Positions 8,604 to 17,628 of a stretch of 64,000 nucleotides of DNA are shown here, in pieces (position 1 is the first letter of the stretch; every line of letters begins with the position of its first letter). The notes below the pieces were generated by a model, which worked only from the letters and a program-made list of their open reading frames with translations, had not been told where the DNA came from and did not search any database. Where the stretch lies: positions 765,465-829,464 of the forward strand of contig JBAXRQ010000001.1 of assembly GCA_037131105.1 (NCBI GenBank). The letters run 5' to 3'. The translations under genes were made by a program, and so were the position numbers. The stretch is from a bacterium. GTDB taxonomy: Bacteria > Patescibacteriota > UBA1384 > CAILIB01.

Positions 8604-9557
8604 CTAATCCTGAACACCCACAGTTATCCTTGGTGAGTTCCTATAGTAAATAGTCTCTGGAAGTCTAGGCAGCTTCACGTCCTCCCCCAGGGCCAGTTCG
8701 GTATCGGCCATTCTATTGGCGACCCGTCTTTCCAGCAGCTTTTCATCGAGAAACCTGCCTCTTTCAGTATCAAGGTTGGGATTTCCCCCCAACCTTGCAG
8801 CCATGCTGTCGCAGATATCCTCCGCCGGACTGGTCCTTGCGTAATCCGTAACGCAGCGATCAGGCTCCTGCACCTGCAGGTTGGCAGGGTCCGGGCCATC
8901 CCACTCAAATGTGTCCGTCCACTCATTGATAACATCCTGTGAGGCCAGATGGTGGGCACCCTCGTGAATAAGGGTTCCTTTGAAGTTGGAAACCAGTGCC
9001 GCCCGGTGGCCGCCCTCAAAAGCAGGGGGATAGAGCTCGATTCCGTTTCGGCCGCCTTCCACGCCTAGGGAGCCGTTGCCGTTCATTGGCTCCCCTGTCT
9101 TCAGCCTTCCTTCCGATTCTTGGTCATTGATAAGGATGTAGCCCAGGGTCTGGGTGGCCTTTCCCTCGCCGATAGCGGCATACGTATCCACGACCTCCTT
9201 CAGCTCACCTAGCTCTTGTTCACTCAAGGGGCGCAGCCAGTTATACAGCTCAATCTCCCCGCCTGACGCAAGCCGCAGTCTCACCATTTCTAATGGTGCG
9301 CCTTTCTCCTTCCATTTTGGCTTATGCCACCAGAAATAGTTTGGCAGCTCGCTAGTAATGAGCCGTTTAATCTCCTCATCGGACTCGTTTCCTTCTAGAT
9401 TAAGAGGGATCGCATCAGCGTATTCGGGAGTGCCCTTTTCTGCCTTGGCGATAGCGAAATCATGGGTAGACTCATCCTTGGTGTTCTCCTGGAGCGGTGG
9501 GACAAAGTCCGGCTGCTGCTCAGGAAGTCGTCCCAAGTTAATTGGAAATTCATTCAT
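8604..9557 (-). CDS. Putative zinc metallopeptidase (HExxH)
   Basis: TLIHEGAHH...TDYARTSPAEDICDS zincin-like motif; start set at MNEFPIN. Confidence 0.6.
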   Translation of the reverse strand: MNEFPINLGRLPEQQPDFVPPLQENTKDESTHDFAIAKAEKGTPEYADAIPLNLEGNESDEEIKRLITSELPNYFWWHKPKWKEKGAPLEMVRLRLASGGEIELYNWLRPLSEQELGELKEVVDTYAAIGEGKATQTLGYILINDQESEGRLKTGEPMNGNGSLGVEGGRNGIELYPPAFEGGHRAALVSNFKGTLIHEGAHHLASQDVINEWTDTFEWDGPDPANLQVQEPDRCVTDYARTSPAEDICDSMAARLGGNPNLDTERGRFLDEKLLERRVANRMADTELALGEDVKLPRLPETIYYRNSPRITVGVQD

Positions 9558-10122
9558 TTCGGGCCTCCTCAAGTATCTCGTTGAACTTGTCGCTGTACTC
9601 CTCAAATTCTTTCGGATGAAGCCTTTCGGCCTTCTCAATCTCCTGTTCCCACTCAGCAAACTCCCTATCGAAATCCGCATTCTCTATTCCCTCGTTTTTT
9701 ATGGCCAGGGGAACATGGGCCAGATTGGTATCGTGGACCCCGTCCCAGTCGTTGACCGTGAAGCCTAGCTTTTCCAGGGGAGAGTCATAGGTGGCGTCCA
9801 CAAGAATCCACCTACCCTCGATAAGTACCTGCAAGGCATGGTGGTAATCGATCTGGCCGGGGATTACGCTCACCTCTTTCGGGAAGTCAGGCAGCCTGTA
9901 TCTGAGGGTGACATGACGCGTCTTGTAGCCTAACTCGCCAAAAAGCTCCGCGAGGAGCATCGTCTTGGTCAGGCAGCTCCCTTTTCGCTCGTTAATTACA
10001 CCCACCGTAGTCAAGGGCGTGACGGTTGAATATGGGATGTCCCTTACGAAGTCAAAAATAGCCTTCCGCTGTTCGACGGGGTCTTTGATTTTCTTGAATG
10101 TAAGAACAAGCTCATCGTGCAT
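9550..10122 (-). CDS. Transglutaminase-like protein
   Basis: IFDFVRDIPY, GSCLTK, HHALQV, WILVDATYD (Cys-His-Asp triad). Confidence 0.8.
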   Translation of the reverse strand: MHDELVLTFKKIKDPVEQRKAIFDFVRDIPYSTVTPLTTVGVINERKGSCLTKTMLLAELFGELGYKTRHVTLRYRLPDFPKEVSVIPGQIDYHHALQVLIEGRWILVDATYDSPLEKLGFTVNDWDGVHDTNLAHVPLAIKNEGIENADFDREFAEWEQEIEKAERLHPKEFEEYSDKFNEILEEARNE

Positions 10123-10217
10123 GTATCTACGGTATCAAAAAACAGCTGGTCAAGCTGTCTTGGGCCCAGAACTTTATTCTCGGTACTTTGACAGCTAGTA
10201 CTATACGTCCCACTAGT

Positions 10218-10751
10218 TCAGGGAGTCTGGAGCATCTTATCCAGATCATATACATGCAATGACGCATTCTCAATCTCGTCCAATGGCTCACCAAATTGCA
10301 AGAAGTGTAACATACGGATTATACCGCCGTGGGTGACAAGCAACGCCTCACCGTCGCCGCTTTTCTTTTTTATTTCAGAAAGGATTGTTAGGACTCTCGA
10401 TTTTACGTCCTCAACACTCTCACCGCTTGGCCGCCAGTCATAGGTCTGGGCCTTATGGTCCTTTTTGTATTCTTCCAGGAAAGGGGTTCCGTTAAGATCA
10501 CCAAAGTTCACTTCGCGTAGCTCGTCATGGAAACTCATGGGAATCTTAATCGATTCATTAAGGATGGCAGCAGTCTGTTTTGCCCTCTCAAGTGAGGAAA
10601 CGTAGAAGTGTTTTATGGTCTTCGGCAATAATGGCGCAGCGGCCCTGGCCTGCTCTACTCCCTCAGGTGCCAAGGGATCGTTCTTGTGGCCGTTAATAAT
10701 GCCGTGCTTGTTCAGTTCGGTAAGACCGTGGCGTATGACATATATGTTCAT
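10218..10751 (-). CDS. Histidine phosphatase family protein
   Basis: RHG motif, LERAKQTA, LREVNFG, GES, LVTHGG. Confidence 0.9.
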   Translation of the reverse strand: MNIYVIRHGLTELNKHGIINGHKNDPLAPEGVEQARAAAPLLPKTIKHFYVSSLERAKQTAAILNESIKIPMSFHDELREVNFGDLNGTPFLEEYKKDHKAQTYDWRPSGESVEDVKSRVLTILSEIKKKSGDGEALLVTHGGIIRMLHFLQFGEPLDEIENASLHVYDLDKMLQTP

Positions 10752-10781
10752 AGCCTGATCTTAGCATGTTTAAAGGGTTTG

Positions 10782-10798
10782 GGTGGACCCCACCGGAT
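10782..10798 (-). repeat. 17-bp copy of the tRNA-Ala 3' end
   Basis: GGTGGACCCCACCGGAT identical to 30256-30272. Confidence 0.8.
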
Positions 10799-10896
10799 AA
10801 CAGGGCCACTATTTACATTCGGTAGCCCTGCCGCTTTCTGCCCGAGCGCAGAAGCGCGAGCGAACCTCCGGTTTCGTATCCGCGGGCGAAGCCCGA

Positions 10897-10936
10897 CAAA
10901 GAAAAAGAACCATCTTCGGATGGTTCTTTTTCTTTG
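10897..10936. terminator. Long perfect hairpin, likely original terminator downstream of tRNA-Ala
   Basis: CAAAGAAAAAGAACCATC-TTCG-GATGGTTCTTTTTCTTTG, abutting the att core at 10934. Confidence 0.7.
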
Positions 10937-11029
10937 GTGGACTTGACGCACTTCTGTTCGAATCATTTCTCGCTTGGGTTGACGAGCTTGTGCGCGCTTA
11001 TAACCAGGACCTCGACTAATCAAGCGGTG

Positions 11030-11251
11030 TTAGCTTGAGATATTTAGCGTTCTTATTTTAAGTACCTTCATCATTATCTTGAGACGCTCTAACGAGGGGG
11101 TGACTTCACCACGCTCAATTCGAGCGTAATAGTTAACGTTAACATCGGCCGCTTCAGCGACCTCTGCTTGGGTGAGCTCAGCTTCCTCCCTGGCCTTCCG
11201 TAGCTTATCCCCGAGCTCCTTACGAGTTTTCTGATTGTTCTTGTTGGCCAT
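11030..11251 (-). CDS. XRE-family HTH regulator
   Basis: LRKAREEAELTQAEVAE...YYARIERGEVTPSLE. Confidence 0.9.
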   Translation of the reverse strand: MANKNNQKTRKELGDKLRKAREEAELTQAEVAEAADVNVNYYARIERGEVTPSLERLKIMMKVLKIRTLNISS

Positions 11252-11323
11252 ATGGCGATACTATACCAAAATTTCAATCAGATCGCTATCGCCCGAACCA
11301 TTTTTTATCGGTTAAGATAACGA

Positions 11324-13330
11324 CTATGCGTTTGCCTGACCCGCTCCAGGCGCTCCCTCCAGTTGGCAGGTCTCCTCAACTTGGGTTTCTAGATTTTTTA
11401 TTTCCTGCTCAAAGTTAGTCTTCCATTCCTCAAGCTGTGCTAGCTTTTCTGTCAGTTCCATTGAAGATTCCGTTCCTATTGCCGCTTGCTCTGGCCAATC
11501 AGTCCGTTCCGGACCGTTGCCGAAGGCGACGTCGACCGTCTTCCTTGGTCCGATAAACTCCTTCTCTGGTGCTTGATTTTGTGGCGGGACGACATTAAAT
11601 GATTCGACCATTCCACCGCTGCCATAATTCGGGTTTTGGTCCCAACCGGGTGACTGGAAGAACCCGAACTGGTCTTTTAATAGTTGGTACAGGTACGCCC
11701 GGTCGCTGGCTATCGTGCTTTGCGAGACAAACTCTTTCCACAGGTAGTAGTCGAGTTCGTTTCGGTAGCCTTCCTGCTGCCACTGGGTCATGACGTGGTT
11801 GAGTGCCCGTAACGATAGTACCGATTCCTTCAAGACATAGCGGGCGGCTCGGCCTCCGGCTTCTTTGAAGTAGTAGGCGCTTTGTATCGCTCGTCCCGCG
11901 AAAACGTCCTGGGTCAGACGGGCGGCCTTGGCTAAGTTCCATAGTTTCTTAACACTGTCCTTTGGCCCCTCGATATTTCCGTTCTTGTCCATAACCTCGG
12001 CGATCAGCAGGTGGAAGAGTTCGTTTTCTTTCCCCGCCTCATCCTCCAGTCGGCCTTCAGTTTTTTGCGGCAGATAATCGTACTCGACTTTATACAGTCG
12101 GGAAAGCAGTGCCGGATCCATATCCTGCCGGTCAATGTAGCGTTCCTGGCCTTGGTTGAGGTTGCCCGTCATCATGACACCGAAGCCCTCGCCCACCTCC
12201 ACCTCCATGCCACTATCTTGTTGCACGTTGATCCTGTCGCCGACTTTTCGGGTCAGGATATGGTTGAGGCTGATTAGGACCTCGTGGGGAATCGCGTTGA
12301 CCTCGTCGATGATGACCGGCCGGCCTTCTTGCATGGCCCGGTAGATTGGTCCAAGGAAAAACTCTGAGATTGTCCCGCCCTTCAAGCCGGCTAAGTAGGT
12401 CTGCAAGATGCGGTCGTGGGACCGGCTCTTATCTTCCTCGGGGGCCTGCGGGTTCTGTTCCTCCCACTCATTAAACTTTCGCTCAACATTGCCGATGAAA
12501 CCATCGAGCTCTTGAGGGTCGATGCGGTCGATGGCCAAGACCTGATGGCCGTAGAGTTCCGCCAACGAGGTATGCTTGGATCCGGATACCACCAAGGCTT
12601 CTTTCCCAATATATTCACGGGCGATATGCATGGCCAACTCGGTTTTGCCGGTGCCTAGATGTCCGTAGATCATGACCGGTTTGCCTGCGTGCAGGTGGAC
12701 CACGATGTCCTCGGCTCGTTCTTTGACGTAGTCCGTTTCAACCAGCTTGCCTTGCTCAAGCTGGCCCTTGTACTCTTTTAGCTCATTTAGATGAAGGCCG
12801 TAGTAGGCTTCGGGTGTCGACTTGAGAAGCTGTTCCTGTTCTTGATCAAGTCCGGCTAGTTCCTGGCGTATTTCCTCCAACGCGTCCAGTTCTGAACCAG
12901 TCGGCTGGCCCTTGATTTTCCGAAGGTACGCCGATTCTTCATTTAAGAGATCCTGGCGCAGCTCTTCCAGCATTGCCTGGCGGCGCATCGCTGCGATCAT
13001 ATTTCTCTTGCGCCAGCCGACCAGCGCTCGCTCTGGCGAGTCATCTGGCCCGAGCGTTGCCTCGGCTAGCTGTCCGAAGGCTTCTTCTCTTTCCAGGGCT
13101 TTCTTGACCTGGCGCGGGGACGATGAAGAGTTTACGACTTCTTCATTGGGGAGCGTGTTTCGCGCCTGGACCACTTCCGGGTATCGGTCGGTTGGTTCGG
13201 GGCTGATTTTTGGCAGCCCAGTTTCCCGATACAAATCCTGCGACGCCTTATCAGCCGCTCGTTGTTGGGTCTCTGCCTCGTCCACCCGCGCTTCAGTTTG
13301 TTGCCACTCCTGAGGAGTAAGTTTCTCCAT
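11324..13330 (-). CDS. MoxR/midasin-like AAA+ ATPase (AAA_5) with coiled-coil N-terminus
   Basis: GHLGTGKT Walker A, IIDEVNA Walker B, TGN sensor, DPALLSRL arginine finger. Confidence 0.85.
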   Translation of the reverse strand: MEKLTPQEWQQTEARVDEAETQQRAADKASQDLYRETGLPKISPEPTDRYPEVVQARNTLPNEEVVNSSSSPRQVKKALEREEAFGQLAEATLGPDDSPERALVGWRKRNMIAAMRRQAMLEELRQDLLNEESAYLRKIKGQPTGSELDALEEIRQELAGLDQEQEQLLKSTPEAYYGLHLNELKEYKGQLEQGKLVETDYVKERAEDIVVHLHAGKPVMIYGHLGTGKTELAMHIAREYIGKEALVVSGSKHTSLAELYGHQVLAIDRIDPQELDGFIGNVERKFNEWEEQNPQAPEEDKSRSHDRILQTYLAGLKGGTISEFFLGPIYRAMQEGRPVIIDEVNAIPHEVLISLNHILTRKVGDRINVQQDSGMEVEVGEGFGVMMTGNLNQGQERYIDRQDMDPALLSRLYKVEYDYLPQKTEGRLEDEAGKENELFHLLIAEVMDKNGNIEGPKDSVKKLWNLAKAARLTQDVFAGRAIQSAYYFKEAGGRAARYVLKESVLSLRALNHVMTQWQQEGYRNELDYYLWKEFVSQSTIASDRAYLYQLLKDQFGFFQSPGWDQNPNYGSGGMVESFNVVPPQNQAPEKEFIGPRKTVDVAFGNGPERTDWPEQAAIGTESSMELTEKLAQLEEWKTNFEQEIKNLETQVEETCQLEGAPGAGQANA

Positions 13331-13416
13331 GTCCTATCCTTCCTTATTTTCTTTATTATAGCCGTGGTCAGTCATAAAGTAAAAGTTAAAAATTAAAAAA
13401 GCAAAAAGTCCAAATA

Positions 13417-14487
13417 TCAAGCCACTCTCACCGCGGACCGGGCCCCAACGGACGGATACCGATAGTCGGGCTCGAACCTGTCGAGGTAGGCCCGCCGACC
13501 GGCGCGGTCCCAGACCGCCGCCGGCACGCCCTCGGCAGCGGAGAAGTAGGCACCTAATAAATAGGATATTTTACCATTACCTTGATAGTCATCGATCACT
13601 TGATTGGTTTCTTCTAAATGGGACAGCGCATACGTCAGCCACTCTTCCGGATTCAGGCCGGATTCTCCAGTGTAGGCTGGCTCGGTTTTGATGAGATGTA
13701 AATACTCATTTGGTGTTTTATTGGCTTCAAGCTGTTGTCGTCCGTTGATAGTCTCGCCCGCACCAGTAGCTGGGAGATTGGGCAAGTTCTCGACTAAGAC
13801 CACCCGCCAGCCAGGAAGGGGCGACTCTCCGGATAGGAGGGTTGTTTTAGTTTGACCTTGGTTGGCAGTGAATGCTTCTGGGTCATAGGTCAGGACACCG
13901 CTTACATCGGCATTGTTGTACTGGTCCCAGCGCCAAAGAGGCTGGTTTTCATCGAGTTCAAGTGGCTGATCTGGATCGCTGGGTGTTTTTTTGGTTGCCA
14001 GCAACGTCCCCGCCTGATGATGTCGCAGGACTGTTTCGCCGAACCTTTGGCTTAACCGGTCTAAACTCAATCCAAAAGGAACAAGTAATATCTTAGTAAA
14101 CCCTTGCTCGATCTTGGCTTGGAATCGTTCCCTGGCTTCGGTGAACAGTTTTTCAACGGCTCCTAGTTCAGGCACTGGGTACGGCTTGCCATCGATCCCT
14201 TCAATACCCAGACGGCCATCGGCCAATGTCTCAATGACGTGCGTATCCGAAAGAATCTTTATTTGGCCTTCAAATTGCCTCTTGAGTTCGGCTCGGGTCA
14301 GGTTTTCAAACGGCCAGATCTTCTCTTGAAGAGTTTTAACTCTAACTTCCAGCTCCTCTTTTAAGGCGTTAGCCTTGTCGACGTTGCCGCTTTTAACTGC
14401 TTCGTCTAAAGCGGTGTCGAACCGACTCTTTACCGCGCTAAGCTCGTTGAGTTCGGCTCTAAGTTGCTGGCAGATATTCTCGCTCAT
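13417..14487 (-). CDS. DGR target protein 1 (coiled-coil N-terminus, C-terminal variable region, probable CLec-like fold)
   Basis: C-terminus contains VR1 ending GARSAVRVA; paralog of 18398-19447. Confidence 0.85.
   Translation of the reverse strand: MSENICQQLRAELNELSAVKSRFDTALDEAVKSGNVDKANALKEELEVRVKTLQEKIWPFENLTRAELKRQFEGQIKILSDTHVIETLADGRLGIEGIDGKPYPVPELGAVEKLFTEARERFQAKIEQGFTKILLVPFGLSLDRLSQRFGETVLRHHQAGTLLATKKTPSDPDQPLELDENQPLWRWDQYNNADVSGVLTYDPEAFTANQGQTKTTLLSGESPLPGWRVVLVENLPNLPATGAGETINGRQQLEANKTPNEYLHLIKTEPAYTGESGLNPEEWLTYALSHLEETNQVIDDYQGNGKISYLLGAYFSAAEGVPAAVWDRAGRRAYLDRFEPDYRYPSVGARSAVRVA
13427..13540 (-). repeat. DGR variable repeat VR1
   Basis: Ungapped 114-bp match to TR 17959-18072; about 21 mismatches at TR adenines and 2 elsewhere (manual count). 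Confidence 0.92.
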
Positions 14488-16628
14488 AGCTGGACATTCC
14501 CTAGGTATTCCTTAAGAACGGTGGTGATGGCCGGAATCAGGTTGTCGATTTTCTCACCCACCACTTCGCCGTGCGCCTCTGCCCGATTGGTATTCCAGAC
14601 AGCATTGAAGGTTTGTCGCTCACTATCATCAACCTGGCCGATCTGGAAGGCCCTGGCAAGCACGCCGGCATTGAGGAGCTGGTCGACCGATTGGCGGCTT
14701 GAGGCCGGATCGGACGATCCTCCGTCAGTCACCTCGAAGAGTATTTCCAGTAGCTTTTCCTGGTCCATCCTTGTCTTGTCCTCAGGCTTCAATGAGACCA
14801 GTATCTCTTGCAGGGGCAGATGGTCATACGTCGAGCCGATCGTTGTGTTTAGCTGTTCAAATATCTTTACCGTCTCGACCTGTTCATCCACGACTCCGGT
14901 TTCACTCCTCAGCCGTTTTATTTTTTGAGCGCTATCGCCAAATATCCAGGCCTCGGTGTCGGCTTCCAACTTTGACTTGGTCTGGGACCGGGTCAGGTTT
15001 AGGTAGGTGTTGAATTCCCGCAGCGATGACAGAATGAGCACGAAGCACTGCTGGAGAATATGCCGCTTGGCTTCGTCCATCGATCCCGACATGTCGCCGA
15101 CCAGCCTTACCCTGATCAAGTCAGGCCTTTGGATTAGCCGCTCTTTCGAGACCATTCGCTTCATGACCTCGGCTTGGTCAAGCTCGCCTCGTTCAATCTG
15201 GGGCCACTGCTCAATCGCCTTGGAAACATCGAGTTCTGTGCCGGTTTTAAAGTGGCCCTCCAGCTCCCGCTCTTGCCTGGTTGACGAACCGAATATGATC
15301 TTGCGCCAGAGCAGGGCAAGGTCCTGTAAATACGGTTCTATCTCAGCCTCAATCCGGCGGAACTGGCGCAGCGCTTCAGGCGATATGCCATGCGTTGCGC
15401 ACCAGGACTGGTCAAGCACCTCCTGGGATTGTTGGGCTCTTTCCTCAGGGCTCTTTTGTTCGTCTTGCGCCTGCTGGCTGGCCTGGGTTTCTTTATCCTG
15501 TTTTTCTTGCTCGCTTTTATCCACCCAGTCCTTGATCTGGTCCTCGTCTATTTGGTCTGGATTGTTCTGGTCGAATTCCTGGTAGTCTTCACCGAAGGGA
15601 TCTCCAGCGCCCCCTTCCCCGTCATCCTGGCCTTGTCCGGGTTGTTGCTCTGGTTTTTGCGGCTGCCAGTCTTCAAGGTCTTTTCGCAGCAGTTCTTGGA
15701 AAACGGGTTCGAGGGTCTTTTGCAGGACAAAATGGCGCTGCCCGGCCTTGGTATCTCGTCCGGCTCGGGGCTTGATAAAGTCTTCCACAATTTGTCGGGC
15801 TGTATATTCTTTTCCTCCAAAAAGGATCGGCCGGTTGAGTACCTCCTTGACTTCGTCAGTCAGGGTCACGTTTTCATCCGGGACCATTTCTTCGCGTAGC
15901 AATGAATACAAAAACTGTAGGTGCCTCGGCTGGCTCGAGTAGTCGCTCTCTTTAAAGAGCTGGTCGCGGTAGAGATCCCTGATCGCTTGGCCGCCGGCCT
16001 GGTCGTTCTCAAAGCGTGGCGCTCGCCGGGCAACCAGGTTATTGACGTAGATGTCATCAAAGATATTGTAGAAGGTATGGTGGATCTTGTATCCGGCCCG
16101 CTCGGTTGCGTTCATCGTTTGGCTCGGATCCTTCTGGCTTGTTGGCATCGGCCGGCGCAGTCTTTCCAGGAATTCAGGGTCGCTATCGCCGAGCGTCTCC
16201 TCCCATCTTTGCATGATCAGTTGCCCTGTCTCGGCGGCTTTTGACCGAATATACTTAAAATTTCCAAGCATGTTCTTGGCATCGGCATTCAGGTCCCTGA
16301 AATGGGCCAGCTCATGCATGCAGGCCCATAGAATTTGTTCTTTTGAGAAGCCTTTGTCGGCAAACCACTTGGTTGCCAGGTTCACCTCTCCACTTTCCAG
16401 GTCGATAAAAAAAGCTTGGCCCAGCTTGAAGCTGAGCGATACGTCGCTGGCAAATGTCGTAAACAAACGGCGGTAGCTGTCGATCAGCCCTTGAGCCTCA
16501 GCCGTATACTCGGAAAAATCCTCCGTTTGTCCGGGTTCTGGTGGCTTTTCTGCCTCGAAAGACTGGGTCTCTGGCTCGTCGACTCGGTAGCCGGTAATGT
16601 GTTCCATAATAGTACCATTGTACACCAA
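14484..16628 (-). CDS. VWA-domain protein with N-terminal HExxH region (MoxR partner type)
   Basis: HELAH motif, Q/E-rich linker, MIDAS GDMSGSM...T...VTDG. Confidence 0.8.
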   Translation of the reverse strand: MVYNGTIMEHITGYRVDEPETQSFEAEKPPEPGQTEDFSEYTAEAQGLIDSYRRLFTTFASDVSLSFKLGQAFFIDLESGEVNLATKWFADKGFSKEQILWACMHELAHFRDLNADAKNMLGNFKYIRSKAAETGQLIMQRWEETLGDSDPEFLERLRRPMPTSQKDPSQTMNATERAGYKIHHTFYNIFDDIYVNNLVARRAPRFENDQAGGQAIRDLYRDQLFKESDYSSQPRHLQFLYSLLREEMVPDENVTLTDEVKEVLNRPILFGGKEYTARQIVEDFIKPRAGRDTKAGQRHFVLQKTLEPVFQELLRKDLEDWQPQKPEQQPGQGQDDGEGGAGDPFGEDYQEFDQNNPDQIDEDQIKDWVDKSEQEKQDKETQASQQAQDEQKSPEERAQQSQEVLDQSWCATHGISPEALRQFRRIEAEIEPYLQDLALLWRKIIFGSSTRQERELEGHFKTGTELDVSKAIEQWPQIERGELDQAEVMKRMVSKERLIQRPDLIRVRLVGDMSGSMDEAKRHILQQCFVLILSSLREFNTYLNLTRSQTKSKLEADTEAWIFGDSAQKIKRLRSETGVVDEQVETVKIFEQLNTTIGSTYDHLPLQEILVSLKPEDKTRMDQEKLLEILFEVTDGGSSDPASSRQSVDQLLNAGVLARAFQIGQVDDSERQTFNAVWNTNRAEAHGEVVGEKIDNLIPAITTVLKEYLGNVQL

Positions 16629-16645
16629 TCCAGATTGGTGCGGAA

Positions 16646-17101
16646 CTAGAGCCGCTCTCGATCATGGCGCTCAAGCAAGATCCAATCGAAGAATCGTTTT
16701 CTCCTTTTGTTTGAGTGCTTATGCACCAGTCCACGATAGGAAGAAATGTTATCGGCTTTAAGCCGGGTAGTAGCTCGGTGCATGTTTCGTTTCTTGAGTC
16801 TCCTGCCCTTGGCAAAGACTTCAACGCCCAGGAAGAAAATTCCCTTTCTAGCCTTGAAGATCACGTCATTCTTGGAATTGAGACGTAACCCTAACTGCTC
16901 GAGTAGAAACGCCTCGACTTGTAGTCTCGCCCCGCCCAGCTCTTCTTTGTTTTCCATAATGATGATGAAGTCATCCCCGTAGCGCAGGTACGCCTGTGGT
17001 CGGATCGTATGCTGGACGAAGTTATCCAATTCATTGAGGTAGATATTGGCAAAGATTTGGCTGGTCAAATTGCCGATTGGCATGCCTGACTTTCCCATCA
17101 C
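16646..17101 (-). CDS. DGR reverse transcriptase, C-terminal part
   Basis: GMPIGNLTSQIFANIYLNELD, YLRYGDDF, FLG motifs typical of DGR RTs. Confidence 0.9.
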   Translation of the reverse strand: MMGKSGMPIGNLTSQIFANIYLNELDNFVQHTIRPQAYLRYGDDFIIIMENKEELGGARLQVEAFLLEQLGLRLNSKNDVIFKARKGIFFLGVEVFAKGRRLKKRNMHRATTRLKADNISSYRGLVHKHSNKRRKRFFDWILLERHDRERL

Positions 17102-17628
17102 TGCCTGCTTGGCGGGGCATAGTTATCGATCATTTTACAAAGCAAGCCTAGCGCTGCCGGGTCTTTAACTTTTCTTTCCAAAATGCCAGCCAAGACATCG
17201 CGGTCAACGCTATCAAAAAACTTGGTAATGTCTGACCGCCAGACATAGGAGTTAGGATAGTGGCCAACAAATTTCTGGGATCGCTCAATTGCTTCGGATA
17301 AGCCCTTGTCCTTTCGACACGACCAAGCATCATAGCTAAAGCTCGTGTCGTAAATTTGGATCAGATAATCATAGAGCAAACGGTGAACGACCCTGTCCCG
17401 AACCGGCGACACGGAAATTACCCGCCGCTTGTTATCTGTCACAACGAACGTTCGATGCGGACGCGGCAAGTAGCTTCCCGACTGGATATCGTGGTAAAGT
17501 TGAAACAGATTATGCTCAAGATAATATTGAAAATGATCAATCTCACGAGAGGCCTTTTTGCCTTTCCGGAAGCCGTACCAGCTACGCCAGATATTTTCCA
17601 AACTTAAATCTATGGATACTCTGCCCAT
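17098..17628 (-). CDS. DGR reverse transcriptase, N-terminal part (frame-split from the C-terminal part)
   Basis: FRKGKK, KRRVISVSPVRDRVVH, SCRKDKG, DITKFFDSVD; stop overlaps the next ORF as GTGA. Confidence 0.88.
   Translation of the reverse strand: MGRVSIDLSLENIWRSWYGFRKGKKASREIDHFQYYLEHNLFQLYHDIQSGSYLPRPHRTFVVTDNKRRVISVSPVRDRVVHRLLYDYLIQIYDTSFSYDAWSCRKDKGLSEAIERSQKFVGHYPNSYVWRSDITKFFDSVDRDVLAGILERKVKDPAALGLLCKMIDNYAPPSRQ

Noticed and set aside
16646-17628. RT as group II intron, retron or CRISPR-associated RT
   Set aside because: The GxPIGNLTSQ motif, adjacent Avd and TR/VR adenine pattern identify a DGR RT; no maturase or intron domains seen.
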